From NCBI RefSeq assembly GCF_009914755.1, contig NC_060946.1: a stretch of DNA of 64,000 bases; one strand, written 5' to 3'. Below are positions 28,070 through 43,802 of this stretch, piece by piece. The notes beneath the pieces are model-generated. The model was not told the origin of the DNA and did not search any database. It worked only from the letters and a program-made list of their open reading frames with translations. Made by a program: the position numbers and the translations under genes. The stretch is from the human T2T-CHM13v2.0 reference genome, Homo sapiens. The number at the start of each line of letters is the position of its first letter. Positions within the stretch are counted from its first letter, which is position 1.

Positions 28070-31000
28070 AAAAGAAAGGTTCAATTCTGTGAGAGGAATA
28101 CACGCATCACAAAGAAGTTTCTCAGAATTCTTCTGTCTAGTTTTTATGTGTAGATATTTCCTTTTGCACCATAGGACTCAAAGGGCTCCAGTGGTCCTCA
28201 TGCAGATTCTACAAAAAAAGAGTTTCAAACTCCTCAATAAAAAGAAAGGTTTAACTCTGAGAGATGAATGCACACATCACAAAGAAGTTTCTCAGACTCT
28301 TTCTCTCTAGATTTTATGTGAAGATATTTCCTTTTCTGCCATAGGCCACAAAGTGCTGCAAATGTTGTTTCAGATTTTACAAAAAGAATGTTTCCATACT
28401 GGTCAATCAAAAGAAAGGTCCAACTCTGTGAGATGAATGCACACAACACAAAGACATTTCTCAGAATTTTTCTGTCTAGTTTTTATGTGAAGATATTTCC
28501 TTTTGCACCATAGGCCTCAAAGCGCTCCAAATGTCTACTTGCAGATTCTACAAAAAGAGAGTTTCAAAACTGCTCAATCAAAAGCAAGTGTTAACTCTGT
28601 GAGATGAATGCACACATAAAAAAGAAGTTTCTCAGATTACTTCTGTCTAGATTTTATGTGAAGATATTTCCTTTTCTACCATAGGCTTCAAAGCGCTCCA
28701 AAATCCACTTGCAGATTCTTCAAAAAGAGATTTGCAAAACTGTTCAATCAAAAGAAAGTGTTAACTCTGTGAGATTAATGCACACATCACAAAAAAGTTT
28801 CTCAGATTGCTTCTGTCTAGATTTTATGTGAAGATATTTCCTTTTCTACCATAGGCCGCAAAGCACTCCAAATGCCCTCTTGCAGATTCTACAAAAAGAG
28901 TGTTTCCAAACTTCTTAATCAAAAGAAATGTTCAACTCTGTAAGATGAACGCACGCTTCACAAAGAAGTTTCTCAGAATTCTTCTGTCTAGTTTTCATGT
29001 GAAAATACTTCCTTTTCCACCATAGGGCTCAAGGCACTTGAAATGTCTACTTGTAGGTTCTACAAAAAGCATATTTCAAAACTCGTGTTTCAAAAGAAAG
29101 GTTCAACTCTAGGAGATGAAAAAACACATTGCAAAGATGTTTTTCAGAATGTTCCTATCTAGTATTTATGTGAAGATATTTCCTTTTCCACCATAGGCAT
29201 CAAAGTGCTCCAAATGTCCACTTGCAACTTCTACTAAAGGAGGGTTTCAAAACTACTCAATCAAAAGAATGTTTTAACTCTGTGAGATGAATGCACACAT
29301 CATAAAGAAGTATCTCAGATTGTTTCTTTCTAGATTTTATGTGAAAATATTTCCTTTTCTAACTTAGGCTGCAAAGTCCTCCAAATGTCCACTTGCAGAT
29401 TCTACAAAAAGAGTGTTTCCAAACTGCTCAATCAAAAGAAACATTCACCTCTGTGAGATGAACGCACACATCACAAAGATGTTTCTCAGAGTTCTTCTAT
29501 CTAGTTTTTATGTGAAGATATTTCCTTTTCCACCATTGTCCTCAAAGCACTCCAAATGTCCACTTGCAGACTCTACAAAAAGAGAGTTTCAAAAGTGCTC
29601 AATCAAATCAAAGGTTTAACTCTGTGAGGTGAATGCTCACGTCACAAAGAAGTTTCTCAGATTGCTTCTGTCTAGATTTTATGTGACAATATTTCCTTGT
29701 CTACCATAGTCCGCAGAGAACACAAAATGTCCTCTTGCAGATTCTACTAAAAGAGTCTTTCCAAACTGTTCAACCAAAGGAAAGGTTAAACTATGTGAGA
29801 TGAATGCTCACATCACTAAGAAGTTTCGAAGATTGCTTCTGTCTAGATTTTATGTGAAGATATTTCTTTTTCTACCAAAGGCGGCAAAGTGCACAAAATA
29901 GCCACTTGCAGATTCTGCAAAAAGAGTGTTTCAAAACTGCTCAATCAAAAGAAAGGTTCAGCTCCGTGAGAAGAATGCACACATCACAATGTAGATCCAC
30001 AAAATTCTTCTGTCTAGTTTTTATATAAACATATTTTGTTTTCCACCATAGGCTTCAAAGCGTTCCAAATGTCCACTTGCAGACTCTACCAAAAGAGAGA
30101 TTCAAAACTGCTCAATCAAATAAAAGTTTAATTTTGGGAGATGCATGCACACATCACAAAGAAGTTTCTCAGATTGCTTCTGTCTGCATTTTAGGTGAAG
30201 ATATTTCCTTTTCTACCAGAGGAAGCAAAGCGTTCCAAATGTCCACTTGCAGATTCTACAAAAAAGAGTGTTTCCAAACTGCTCAATCAAAAGAAAGGTT
30301 CAATTCTGTGAGATGAATGCACACATCACAATGAAGTTTCTCAGAATTCTTCTGTCTGGTTTTTATGTGAAGATATTTCCTTTTCCACCATAGACCTCAA
30401 ACCGCTCCAAGTGTCCACTTGCACATTCTACAAAAAGAGAGTTTCAAAACTGCCCTATCAAAAAATAGGTTTAACTCTGTGAGATGAATGCACATAGCAC
30501 AAAGTAGTTTCTCAGATTGCTTCTGTCTAGATTTTAAGTGAAGATGTTTCCTTTTTTACCATAGGCAGAAAAGTGTCCCAAATGTCCACTTGCAGATTGT
30601 ACAAAAAGACTGCTCAATCAAAAGAAAGTTTCAACTCTGTGAGATGAAGGCACACATCACAAAGTAGTTTCTCAGAATGTTTCTATCTAGTTTTTATATG
30701 AAGATATTTCCTTTTCCACCATAGGTCTCAAAGCGCTCCAAATGTACACATGCAGATTCTACAAAAAGAGAGTTTCAAAACTGCTCAATCAAAAGAAAGG
30801 GTTCACTCTGTCAGATGAATACACACATCACAAAGAAGTTTCTCAGATTGCTTCTGTCTACATTTTATGTGAAGATATTTCCTTTTCTACCATAGGCCAC
30901 AAAGCGCTCCAAATGTTCACTTGCAGATTCTACAAAAAGAGTGTTTCTAAAGTGCTCAATCCAAAGAAAGGTTCAAATATGTGAGATGAACGCACACATC

Positions 31001-31252
31001 ACAAACAAGTTTCTCAGAATGCTTCTATATAGTTTTTATATGAAGATATTTCCTTTTCTACCATAGGACACAAAGTGCTCTGAATGTCCACCTGAAGATT
31101 CTACAAAAACAGTGTTTCCAAACTGCTCAATCAAAAGAAAGATTCAACTCTGTAAGATGAACGCAGACGTCCTGAACAAGTTTCACAGAATTCTTCTGTC
31201 TAGTTTTTATGTGAAAATATTTCCTTTTCCACCTTAGGCCTCAAATTGCTCC

Positions 31253-31289
31253 AAAAAAAAAAAAAAAAAACAGACATTAAAAAAAAAAA
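31253..31289 (+). other. Orphan bipartite poly(A) tract: A18-CAGACATT-A11
   Basis: Replaces about 50 bp of a monomer between 'ttgctcc' and 'gataggttcaac'. The monomer type differs on the two sides. Confidence 0.85.
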
Positions 31290-34200
31290 GATAGGTTCAA
31301 CTCTGTGAGTTGAATGCACACATCACAAAGAAGTTTCTCTGAATGATTCTACGTAGTTTTTATGTGAAGATATTACCTTTTCAACAATAGGCTTCAAATC
31401 CCTACAAATACCCCCTTGCAGATTCTACAAAAAGAGTGTTTCAAAACTACACAATCAAAAGAAAGTTTCAACTCTGGAAGATGAATGCACACATCAAAAT
31501 GAAGTTTCTCAGAATGTTTCCATGTAGTTTTTATGTGAAGATATTTGGTTTTCCACAGTAGGCCTCAAGGCGCTCCAAATATCCACTTGCAGTTTCTACA
31601 AAAACAGTGTATCAAAACTGCTCAATCTAAAGAAAGGATCAACAAAGTGAAATGCATGCATACATCATAAAGAAGTTTCTCAGAATGCTTCTGTGTAGTT
31701 TTTGTGTGAAGATATTTCCTTTTCTACCATAGGCCTCAAAGAGCTCCAAGAATCCAACTTCAGATTCTACAATAAGAGTGTTTCAAAACCGCTCAATCAT
31801 AACGTAGTTTCAACCCTGTGAGATGAATGCACACATCACAAATGTTTCTCAGAATGCTTCTGTGTAATTTTTATTTGAAGATATTTCCTTTTCCAATATC
31901 GGCTGCCAAGGATTCCAAATAACCACTTTCAGATTCTACAAACAGAGAGATTCAAAACTACTCAATCAAAAGATAGGTTCAACTCTGTGAGGTGAATGCA
32001 CACATCACCAAGAAGTTTCTCAGAATGCTCTGTGTAGTTTTTATGTGAAGATATTTGCTTTTCCACAGTCAGCCTGAGAACGCTCCCTGTATCCACTTGT
32101 AGATCTCACAAAAACAGTGTTTCAAAAGTACTCAATCAAAAGAAAGGATCAACCCTGTCAGATGAAGGCACTCATGACAAGGTTCTCAGAATGCTTCTGC
32201 ATAGTTTTTATGTGAAGATATTTCCTTTTCCACAATAGGCCTCAAATCGCTGCAAATATCCACTTGCAGATTCTACAAAAAGAGTGTTTCAAAACTGCTC
32301 AATCAAAAGAACTTTTCAATTCTGTGAGATGAATGCACACATCACAAAGAAGTTTCTCAGAATGCATCTGTCTGGTTATTATATGAAGATATTTTGTTAT
32401 CCACCAAAGGCCTCAAAGCGCTTCTAAGGTCCACTTGCAGATTCCACAAAAACAGTGTTACAAAACTGCTCAACGCAAAGTAAGGTTCAACTCAGTGGGA
32501 TGAATACACACATCACAAAGTCATTTGTCAGAACTTTTCTGCCTGGTTTTTATATGAAGATTTTTTTTTTCCACCATAGGCCTCAAAGCGCTTCAAATGT
32601 CCACTTGCAGATTCTACAAAAAGAGAGTTTCAAAACTGCTTAATCAAAAGAAAGGTTTAACTTTGTGAGATGAATGCACACATCATAAAAAAGTTGCTCA
32701 ATTTTGTTCTGTCTAGATTTTATGTGAAGATATTTCCTTTTCTTCCATAGGCCACAAAGCACTCCAAAGGTCCACTTGCAGATTCTACAAAAATAGTGTT
32801 TCCAAACTGCTCAATCAAAAAGAATTGTTCTACTCTGTGAGATGAACGCACACATCACAAAGATGTTTGTCAGAATTCTTCTGTCTAGTTTTTATGTGAA
32901 GATATTTCCTTTTCCACCATAGGCCTCAAAGCACTCCAAATGTCCACTTGCAGATTCTACAAAAGGAGAGTTTCAAAACTGCTCTATCAAAAGAAAGATT
33001 TAACTCTGTGACATGAATGCAGACATCACAAAGAAGTTTCTCAGATTACTTCTGCCTAGATTTTATTGGAAGATATTTCCTTTTCTAAAATAGGCCGCAA
33101 AGCGCTCCAAATGTCCACTTGCAGATTCTACACAAAGAATATTTCCAAAATGCTCAATCAAAAGAAAAGTTCAACTTTGTGAGATGAATGAACACATCAC
33201 AAAGATGTTTCTCACAATTCTTCTTTCTAGTTTTTATGTGAAGATATTTCCTTTTCCACTGCAGGCTTCAAAGAGCTCCAAATATCCACTTGCAGATTCT
33301 ACAAAAAGATAGTTTCAAAACTGCTCAATCAAAAGAAAGGTTCAACTCTGTGAAATGAATGAACACATTACAAAGAAGTTTCTCAGATTGCTTCTGTCTA
33401 GATTTTATGTGAAGATATTTACTTTTCTAACATAGGCCACAAAGCACTCCAAGTGTCAACTTGCAGACTTTACAAAAAGAGTGTTTTCAAACTGCTCAAT
33501 CAAAAATAGTTCAACTCTGTGAGATGAACGTATGCATCACAAAAAAGTTTCTCAGAATTCTTCTGTCTAGTTTTAATGTGAAGATATTTCATTTTCCACC
33601 ATAGGCCTCAAAGCGCTCCAAATGTACAATTGCAGATTCTACAAAATGAGTGTTTCCAAATTGCTCAGTCAAAAGTTTTAACACTGTGAAATGAATGCAC
33701 ACATCACAAAGAAGTTTATCAGACTGCTTTTGTCTACATTTTATGTGAAATTATTCCCTTTTCTAAAATGGGCCAAAAAGCCCTCCAAATGTCCACTTTC
33801 AGATTCCACAAAAAGAGTGTTTCAAAACTGCTCAATTAAATGTAAGATTCAACTCTGTGAGATGAATGAACACATCACAAAGAAGTTTCTCAGAAATCTT
33901 CTGTCTAGTTTTTATGTGAAGATACTTCCTTTTCCACCATAAGCCTCAAGATGCTACAAATGTCCACTTGCAGATTCTATAAAAAGAGAGTTTCAAAACT
34001 TCTCAATCATAAGAAAGGTTCAACTCCGTGAGATGAATGCACACATCAGAAAGAAGTTTCTGATTCCTTCTGTCTAGATTTCGTGGGAAGATATTTTCTT
34101 TTCTAACATGGGCCGCAAAGCTATCAAAATGTCCACTTGCAGACTCTACTGAAAGAGTGTTTCCAAACTGCTCAATCAAAAGAAAGGTTCAACTCTGTGA

Positions 34201-37200
34201 GATTAAATCACACACCACAAAGAAGTTTCTCAGAATTCTTCTGTCTAGTTTTTATGTGAAGATATTTCATTTTCGACCATAGACCTCAAGGCGCTCCACT
34301 ACCAAATTCTACAAAAAGAGTTTCAAAACTGCTCTATCAAAAGAAAGGTTTATCTCTGTGAGATGAATGCATACATCACAATGAAGTTTTTTCAGATTTC
34401 TTCTGTCTAGATTTTATGTGGAGATATTTCCTTTTCTACCATAGGCCACAAAGCAGTCCAAATATCCACTTGCAGATTGTACAAAAAGAGTGATTCCAAA
34501 CTGCTCAATCAAAATAAAGGTTCAACTCTGTGAGATGACTGCACGCATCACAAAGCAGTTTCTCAGAATTCTTCTGTATAGTTTTTATGTGAAGATATTT
34601 CATTTTCGACCATAGGCCTCAAGGCACACGAAATGCCCACTTGCAGATTCTACAAAAACAATATTTCAAAACTGGTCCATCAAAAGTAAGGTTCTACTCT
34701 GTGAGATGTACTCACACATCACAAAGAGGTGTTTCTGAATTTTTCTTTCCAGTTTTTATGTGAAGATATTACCTTTTCTACCATAGGACTCAAGGTGCTC
34801 CACTTGCATATTCTACAAAAAGAGAGTTTCAAAACAGCTCTATCAAAAGAAAGGTTTAATACTGTGAGATGAATACATACATCATGGAGAAGTTTATCAG
34901 ATTATTTCTGTTTAGATTTTGTGTGAAGATATTTCCTTTTTTACCAGAGACCTCAAAGTGCTCCAAATATCCACTTACAGATTCTACAAAAAGAGTGTTT
35001 CCAAATAGCTCTATCAAAAGAAAAGTTCAATGCTGTGAGATGAATGCGCACATCACAAAGAATTTTCTCAGAATTCTCTGTCTAGTTTTTATGTTCCTTT
35101 TCCACCATTGGCCTCAAAGCGCTACAAATGTCCACTTGAAGATTCTGCAAAAACGTAGTTTGAAAACTGCTCAATCAAAACAAAGTTTTAAATCTGTGAG
35201 ATGAATGCACACATCACAAAGAAGTTTCTCTGATTGCTTCTGTCTAGACGTTATGTGAAGATATTTGCTTTTCTACCATAGGCCACAAGGCACTCCCAAT
35301 GTCTAATTGCAGTTTCTACAAAGAGTATTTACAAACTGCTCAATCAAAAGAAAGTTTCAACTCTGTTAGATGAATGTACACATCACAAAGAACTTTCTCA
35401 GAGTTCTTCTGTCTACTTTTTATGTGAAGATATTTCCTTTTCTACCATAGGCCGCAAAACGCTCCAAATGTCCACTTGCAGATTCTACAAAAAGTGTTTC
35501 CAAACTGCTCAATCAAAAGAAAGTTTCAACTCTGTGAGATGAACGCACACATCACAAAGAAGTTTCTCAGGTTGCTTCTGTCTAGATTTTATGTGAAGAT
35601 ATTTCCTTTTCTTACATAGGCCAAAAAGGACTCCAAATGTCCACTTGCAGATCCTACAAAAAGAGAGTTTCAAAACTGCTCTATCAAAAGAAAGGTTTAA
35701 ATCTGTGAGATGAATGCACACATCACAAAGAAGTTCCTTAGGTTGCTTCTGTCTAGTATTTATGTGAAGATATTTCCTTTTCTACCATGGACTGCAAAGT
35801 AATCTAAATGTCTACTTGCACATTCTACAAAAAGTGAGTTTCAAATCTGCACTATCAAAAGAAAAAGTTTAACTCTGAGAGATGAATGCCCACATCACAA
35901 AGGAGTTTCTCAGATGGCTTCTGTCTAGATTTTATATGAAGATATGTCCTTTTCTACAATAGACCACAAAGCTCTCCAAATGTCCACTTGCAGATACTAC
36001 AAAAAGAGTGTTTCCATACTGCTCAATCAAAAGAAAATTTCAACTCTGTAAGATGAACGCACACCTCACGAAGTAGTTTCTGAAATTTCTTCTGTATAGG
36101 TTTTATCTGAAGATATTTCGTTTTCCACCATAGGCTTCAAGGCATTTCAAATATATAGTTGCAGATTCTACAAAAAGAGAGTTTCAAAACTGCTCAATCA
36201 TAAGTAAGGTTTAACTCTGTGAGATGAACACACACGTCACAAAGAAGTTTCTCAGATTGCTTCTGTCAATATTTTATGTGAAGATATTTCCTTTTCTACC
36301 ATAGGCCACAAAGCTCTCCAAATGTCCACTAGCAGATTCTACAAAAAGAGTGTTTCCAAACTGCTCAATCAAAAGAAAGTTTCAACTCTGTGAGATGAAC
36401 GCTCTACCTTACAATGAGTTTCTCAGAATTCTACTGTCTGGTTCTTATGTGAAGATATTTTCTTTTCCACAATAGGCTTCTAAGCACTCCAAATGTCCAC
36501 TTGCATATTCTACAAAAAGAGAGTTTCAAAACTCCTCAATCAAAAGAAAGCTTTACCTCTTTGAGTTGAATGCTCACATCACAAAGAAGTTTCTCAGATT
36601 GCTTCTGTCTAGATTTTATTTGAAGATATTTCCTTTTCTGCCATAGGCCACAAAGTTCTCCAAATGTCCACTTGCAGATTCTACAAAAAGAGTGTTTCCT
36701 TACTGCTCAATCTAAAGAAAGGTTCAGCATTATGAAATAAACACACACATCACAAAGAAGTTTCTCCGAATTCTACTGTCTAGTTTTTATGTGAAGATAT
36801 TTCCTTTTCCACCATTGGCCACAAAGCGCTCCTGATGTCCATTTGCGGATTCAACCAAAAGAGATACTCAAAACTGCTCAAACAAAAGAAAATTTTATCT
36901 CTGTGAGATGAATACACCCATCACAAAGAAGTTTCTCAGATTGCTTCTGTCTAGATTTTATGTGAAGATATTTCCCTTTCTACCATAGGCCACATTGTGC
37001 TCCGTATGTCTACTTGCAGATCCTACAAAAAGAGGGTTTCCGAACTGCTCAATCTAAAGTATGGTTCAACTCTATGAGATGAACGCACACATCACAAAGA
37101 AGTTTCTCAGAATTCTTCCATCTAGTTTTTATGGGAAGATATTTCCTTTTCCACCATAGGCCACCTAGTGCTCCAAATGTCTACTTGCAGATTCTACAAA

Positions 37201-38149
37201 AAGAGAGTTTCAAAACTGCTCAATCAAAAAAAATTTTAACTATGTGACATGAATGCACACATCACAAAGTAGTTTCTCAGATTGCTTCTGTCTGGAATTT
37301 ATGTGAACATATTACCTTTTCTACAATAGGCCGCAAAGCGCTCCAAATGTCCACTTGCAGATTCTACAAAAAGAGTGATTCCAAACTGCTCAATCAAAAG
37401 AAAGGTTCAAATCTGTGAGATGAATGCAGATATCACAAAGAAGTTTCTCAGAATTCTTCTGTCTGGTTTTTATGTGAAGATATTACCTTTTCCACCATGG
37501 GCCTCAAAGCACTTCCAATGTACACTTGCAGATTCCACAAAAGGGAGTTTCTAAACTTCTGAATCAAAAGGAAGTTTTAACTGTGTGAGATGAATGTACA
37601 CATCACAAAGAAGTTTCTGAGACTGCTTCTGTCTAGGTTTCATGTGAAAATAGTTCCTTTTTTACCATAGGCCACAGAGCGCTCCAAATGTGCACTTGAA
37701 GATTCTACATTAACAGTGTTTCCAAACTGCTCCATCAAAAGAGAGGTTCAACTCTGTGAAAAGAACGCACACATCACAAAGAAGTATGTCGGAATTCTTC
37801 AGTCTAGTTTTTATGTTGAAGATACTACCTTTTCCACCATAGGCCTCAAAGCGCTCCAATGTACACTTGCAGATTCTACAAAAAGAGAGTTTCAAAACTG
37901 CTTTATCAAAAGAAAGGTTTAACTCTGTGATATGAATGCATATATTATAAAGAAGTTTATCAGATTTCTTCTGTCTAAATTTGATGTGAAGATATTTCCT
38001 TTTCTACCATTGGCTACAAAGTGATCCAAATGTCCACTTGCAGATTCTACAAAAAGAGTGTTTCCTAACTGCTCAATCAAAAGAAAGGTTGAACTCGGTG
38101 AGGTGAATGCACACATCACAACAAAGTTTCTCAGAATTTTTCTGTCTAG

Positions 38150-38202
38150 TTTTTTTTTTAAGAGCAGTTTGGGTTTTATTTCTTTTTTTATGTTCATAGA
38201 AG
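38150..38202 (-). other. Probable L1 3' transduction (43 bp) plus second poly(A)
   Basis: Minus strand reads (TAAA)n tail, then cttctatgaacataaaaaaagaAATAAAacccaaactgctctt, then A10. AATAAA (38175-38180) lies 15 nt before the final poly(A). Confidence 0.72.
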
Positions 38203-38205
38203 TAT

Positions 38206-38236
<31 letters not shown>

Positions 38237-38238
38237 TT
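38203..38238. repeat. (TATT)9 microsatellite derived from the L1 A-tail
   Basis: Nine perfect TATT units adjoining the L1 3' end 'atactttaggttttagggtac'. Confidence 0.9.
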
Positions 38239-38440
38239 ATACTTTAGGTTTTAGGGTACATGTGCACAATGTTCAGGTTAGTTACATATGTATACATGTG
38301 ACATGCTGGTTCGCTGCACCCATTAACTCATCATCTAGCATTAGGTATATCTCCCAATGCTATCCCTCCCCCCTTTCCCCACCCCACAACAGTACCCAGA
38401 GTGTGATGTTCCCCTTCCTGTGTCCATGTGTTCTCATTGT

Positions 38441-42267
<3,827 letters not shown>

Positions 42268-42330
42268 GATGATGTTAGCTGGTTATTTTGCTCGTTAGTT
42301 GATGCAGTTTCTTCCTAGTCTCGAAGGTCT

Positions 42331-43347
42331 TTACATTTTGGCATGATTTTGCAGCGGCTGGTACCAATTGTTCCTCTCCATGTTTAGTGCTTCCTTCAGG
42401 AGCTCTTTTAGGGCAGGCCTGGTGGTGACAAAATCTCTCAGCGTTTGCTTGTCTGTAAAGTATTTTATTTCTCCTTCACTTATGAAGTTTAGTTTGTCTG
42501 GATATGAAATTCTGGGTTGAAAATTCTTTTCTTTAAGAATGTTGAATATTGGCCCCCACTATCTTCTGGCTTGTAGAGTTTCTGCAGAGGGATCTGCTGT
42601 TAGTCTAATGGGCTTTCCTTTGAGGGTAACCCGACCTTTCTCTTTGGCTGCCCTTAACATTTTTTCATTCATTTCAACTTTGGTGAATCTGACAATTATG
42701 TGTCTTGGAGTTGCTCATCTCGAGGAGTATCTTTGTGGCATTCTCTGTATTTCCTGAATCTGAATGTTGGCCTGTCTCGCTAGATTGGGGAAGTTCTCCT
42801 GGATAATATCCTGCAGAGTGTTTTCCAACTTGGTTCCATTCTCCCCGTCACTTTCAGGTACACCAATGAGACGTAGATTTGGTCTTTTCTCATAGTCCCA
42901 TATTTCCTGGAGGCTTTGCTCGTTTCTTTTTATTCTTTTTTCTCTAAACTTCCCATCTTGCTTCATTTCATTCACTTCATCTTCCATTGCTGATACCCTT
43001 TCTTCCAGTTGATCGCATTGGCTCCTGAGGCTTCTGCATTCTTCATGTACTTCTCGAGCCTTGGCTTTCAGCTCCATCAGCTCCTTTAAGCACTTCTCTG
43101 TATTTGTTATTCTAGTTATACATCCTTCTAAATTTTTTTCAACGTTTTCAACTTCTTTGCCTTTGGTTTGAGTGTTCTCCTGCAGCTCGGAGTAGTTTGA
43201 TCATCTGAAGCCTTCTTCTCTCAGCTAGTCAAAGTCATTCTCCGTCCAGCTTTGTTCCATTCCTGGTGAGGAACTGCGTTCTTTTGGAGGAGGAGAGGCA
43301 CTCTACTTTTTAGAGTTTCCAGTTTTTCTGCTCTGATTTTTCCCCAT
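42331..43347 (-). pseudogene. L1 ORF1: L1 ORF1, full 1017-nt span but with several nonsense codons
   Basis: ATG at 43345-43347, TAA at 42331-42333. In-frame TGA at 43201-43203 and 42715-42717. ORF-track fragment 42715-43077. Confidence 0.93.
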
Positions 43348-43802
43348 CTTTGTGGTTTTATCTACTTTTGGTCTTTGATGATGGTGATGTACTGATGGGT
43401 TTTTGTTGTGGATGTCCTTTCTGTTTGTTAGTTTTCCTTCTAACAAACAGAACCCTCAGCTGCACGTCTGTTGGAGTACCTGGCCGTGTGAGGTGTCAGT
43501 CTGCCCCTGCTGGGGGGTGCCTCCCAGTTAGGCTGCTCTGGGTTCAGGGGTCAGGGCCTCACTTGAGGAGGCAGTCTGCCCATTCTCATATCTCCAGCTG
43601 CGTGCTGGGAGAACCACTGCTCTCTTGAAAGCTGTCAGACAGCAACATTTAAGTCTGCAGAGGTTACTGCTGTCTTTTTGTTTGTCTGTGTCCTGTCCCC
43701 AGAGGTGGAGCCTACAGAGGCAGGCAGGCCTCCTTGAGTTGTGGTGGGCTCCACCCAGTTCCAGCTTCCCGGCTGCTTTGTTTACCTAAGCAAGCTTGGG
43801 CA

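Larger units (their letters stand above)
20951..38149 (-). repeat. Divergent, largely dimeric (~340-bp) alpha satellite layer, 'aaatgtcc/ctgtctag' type, with an island of the other type at ~31290-32350
   Basis: Monomer X (cagaattcttctgtctagtttt...ttccaccataggcctc...gagagtttcaa...ggtttaac) mostly alternates with monomer Y (cagattgcttctgtctagattt...ttctaccataggccgc...gagtgtttcca...ggttcaac). Confidence 0.93.
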
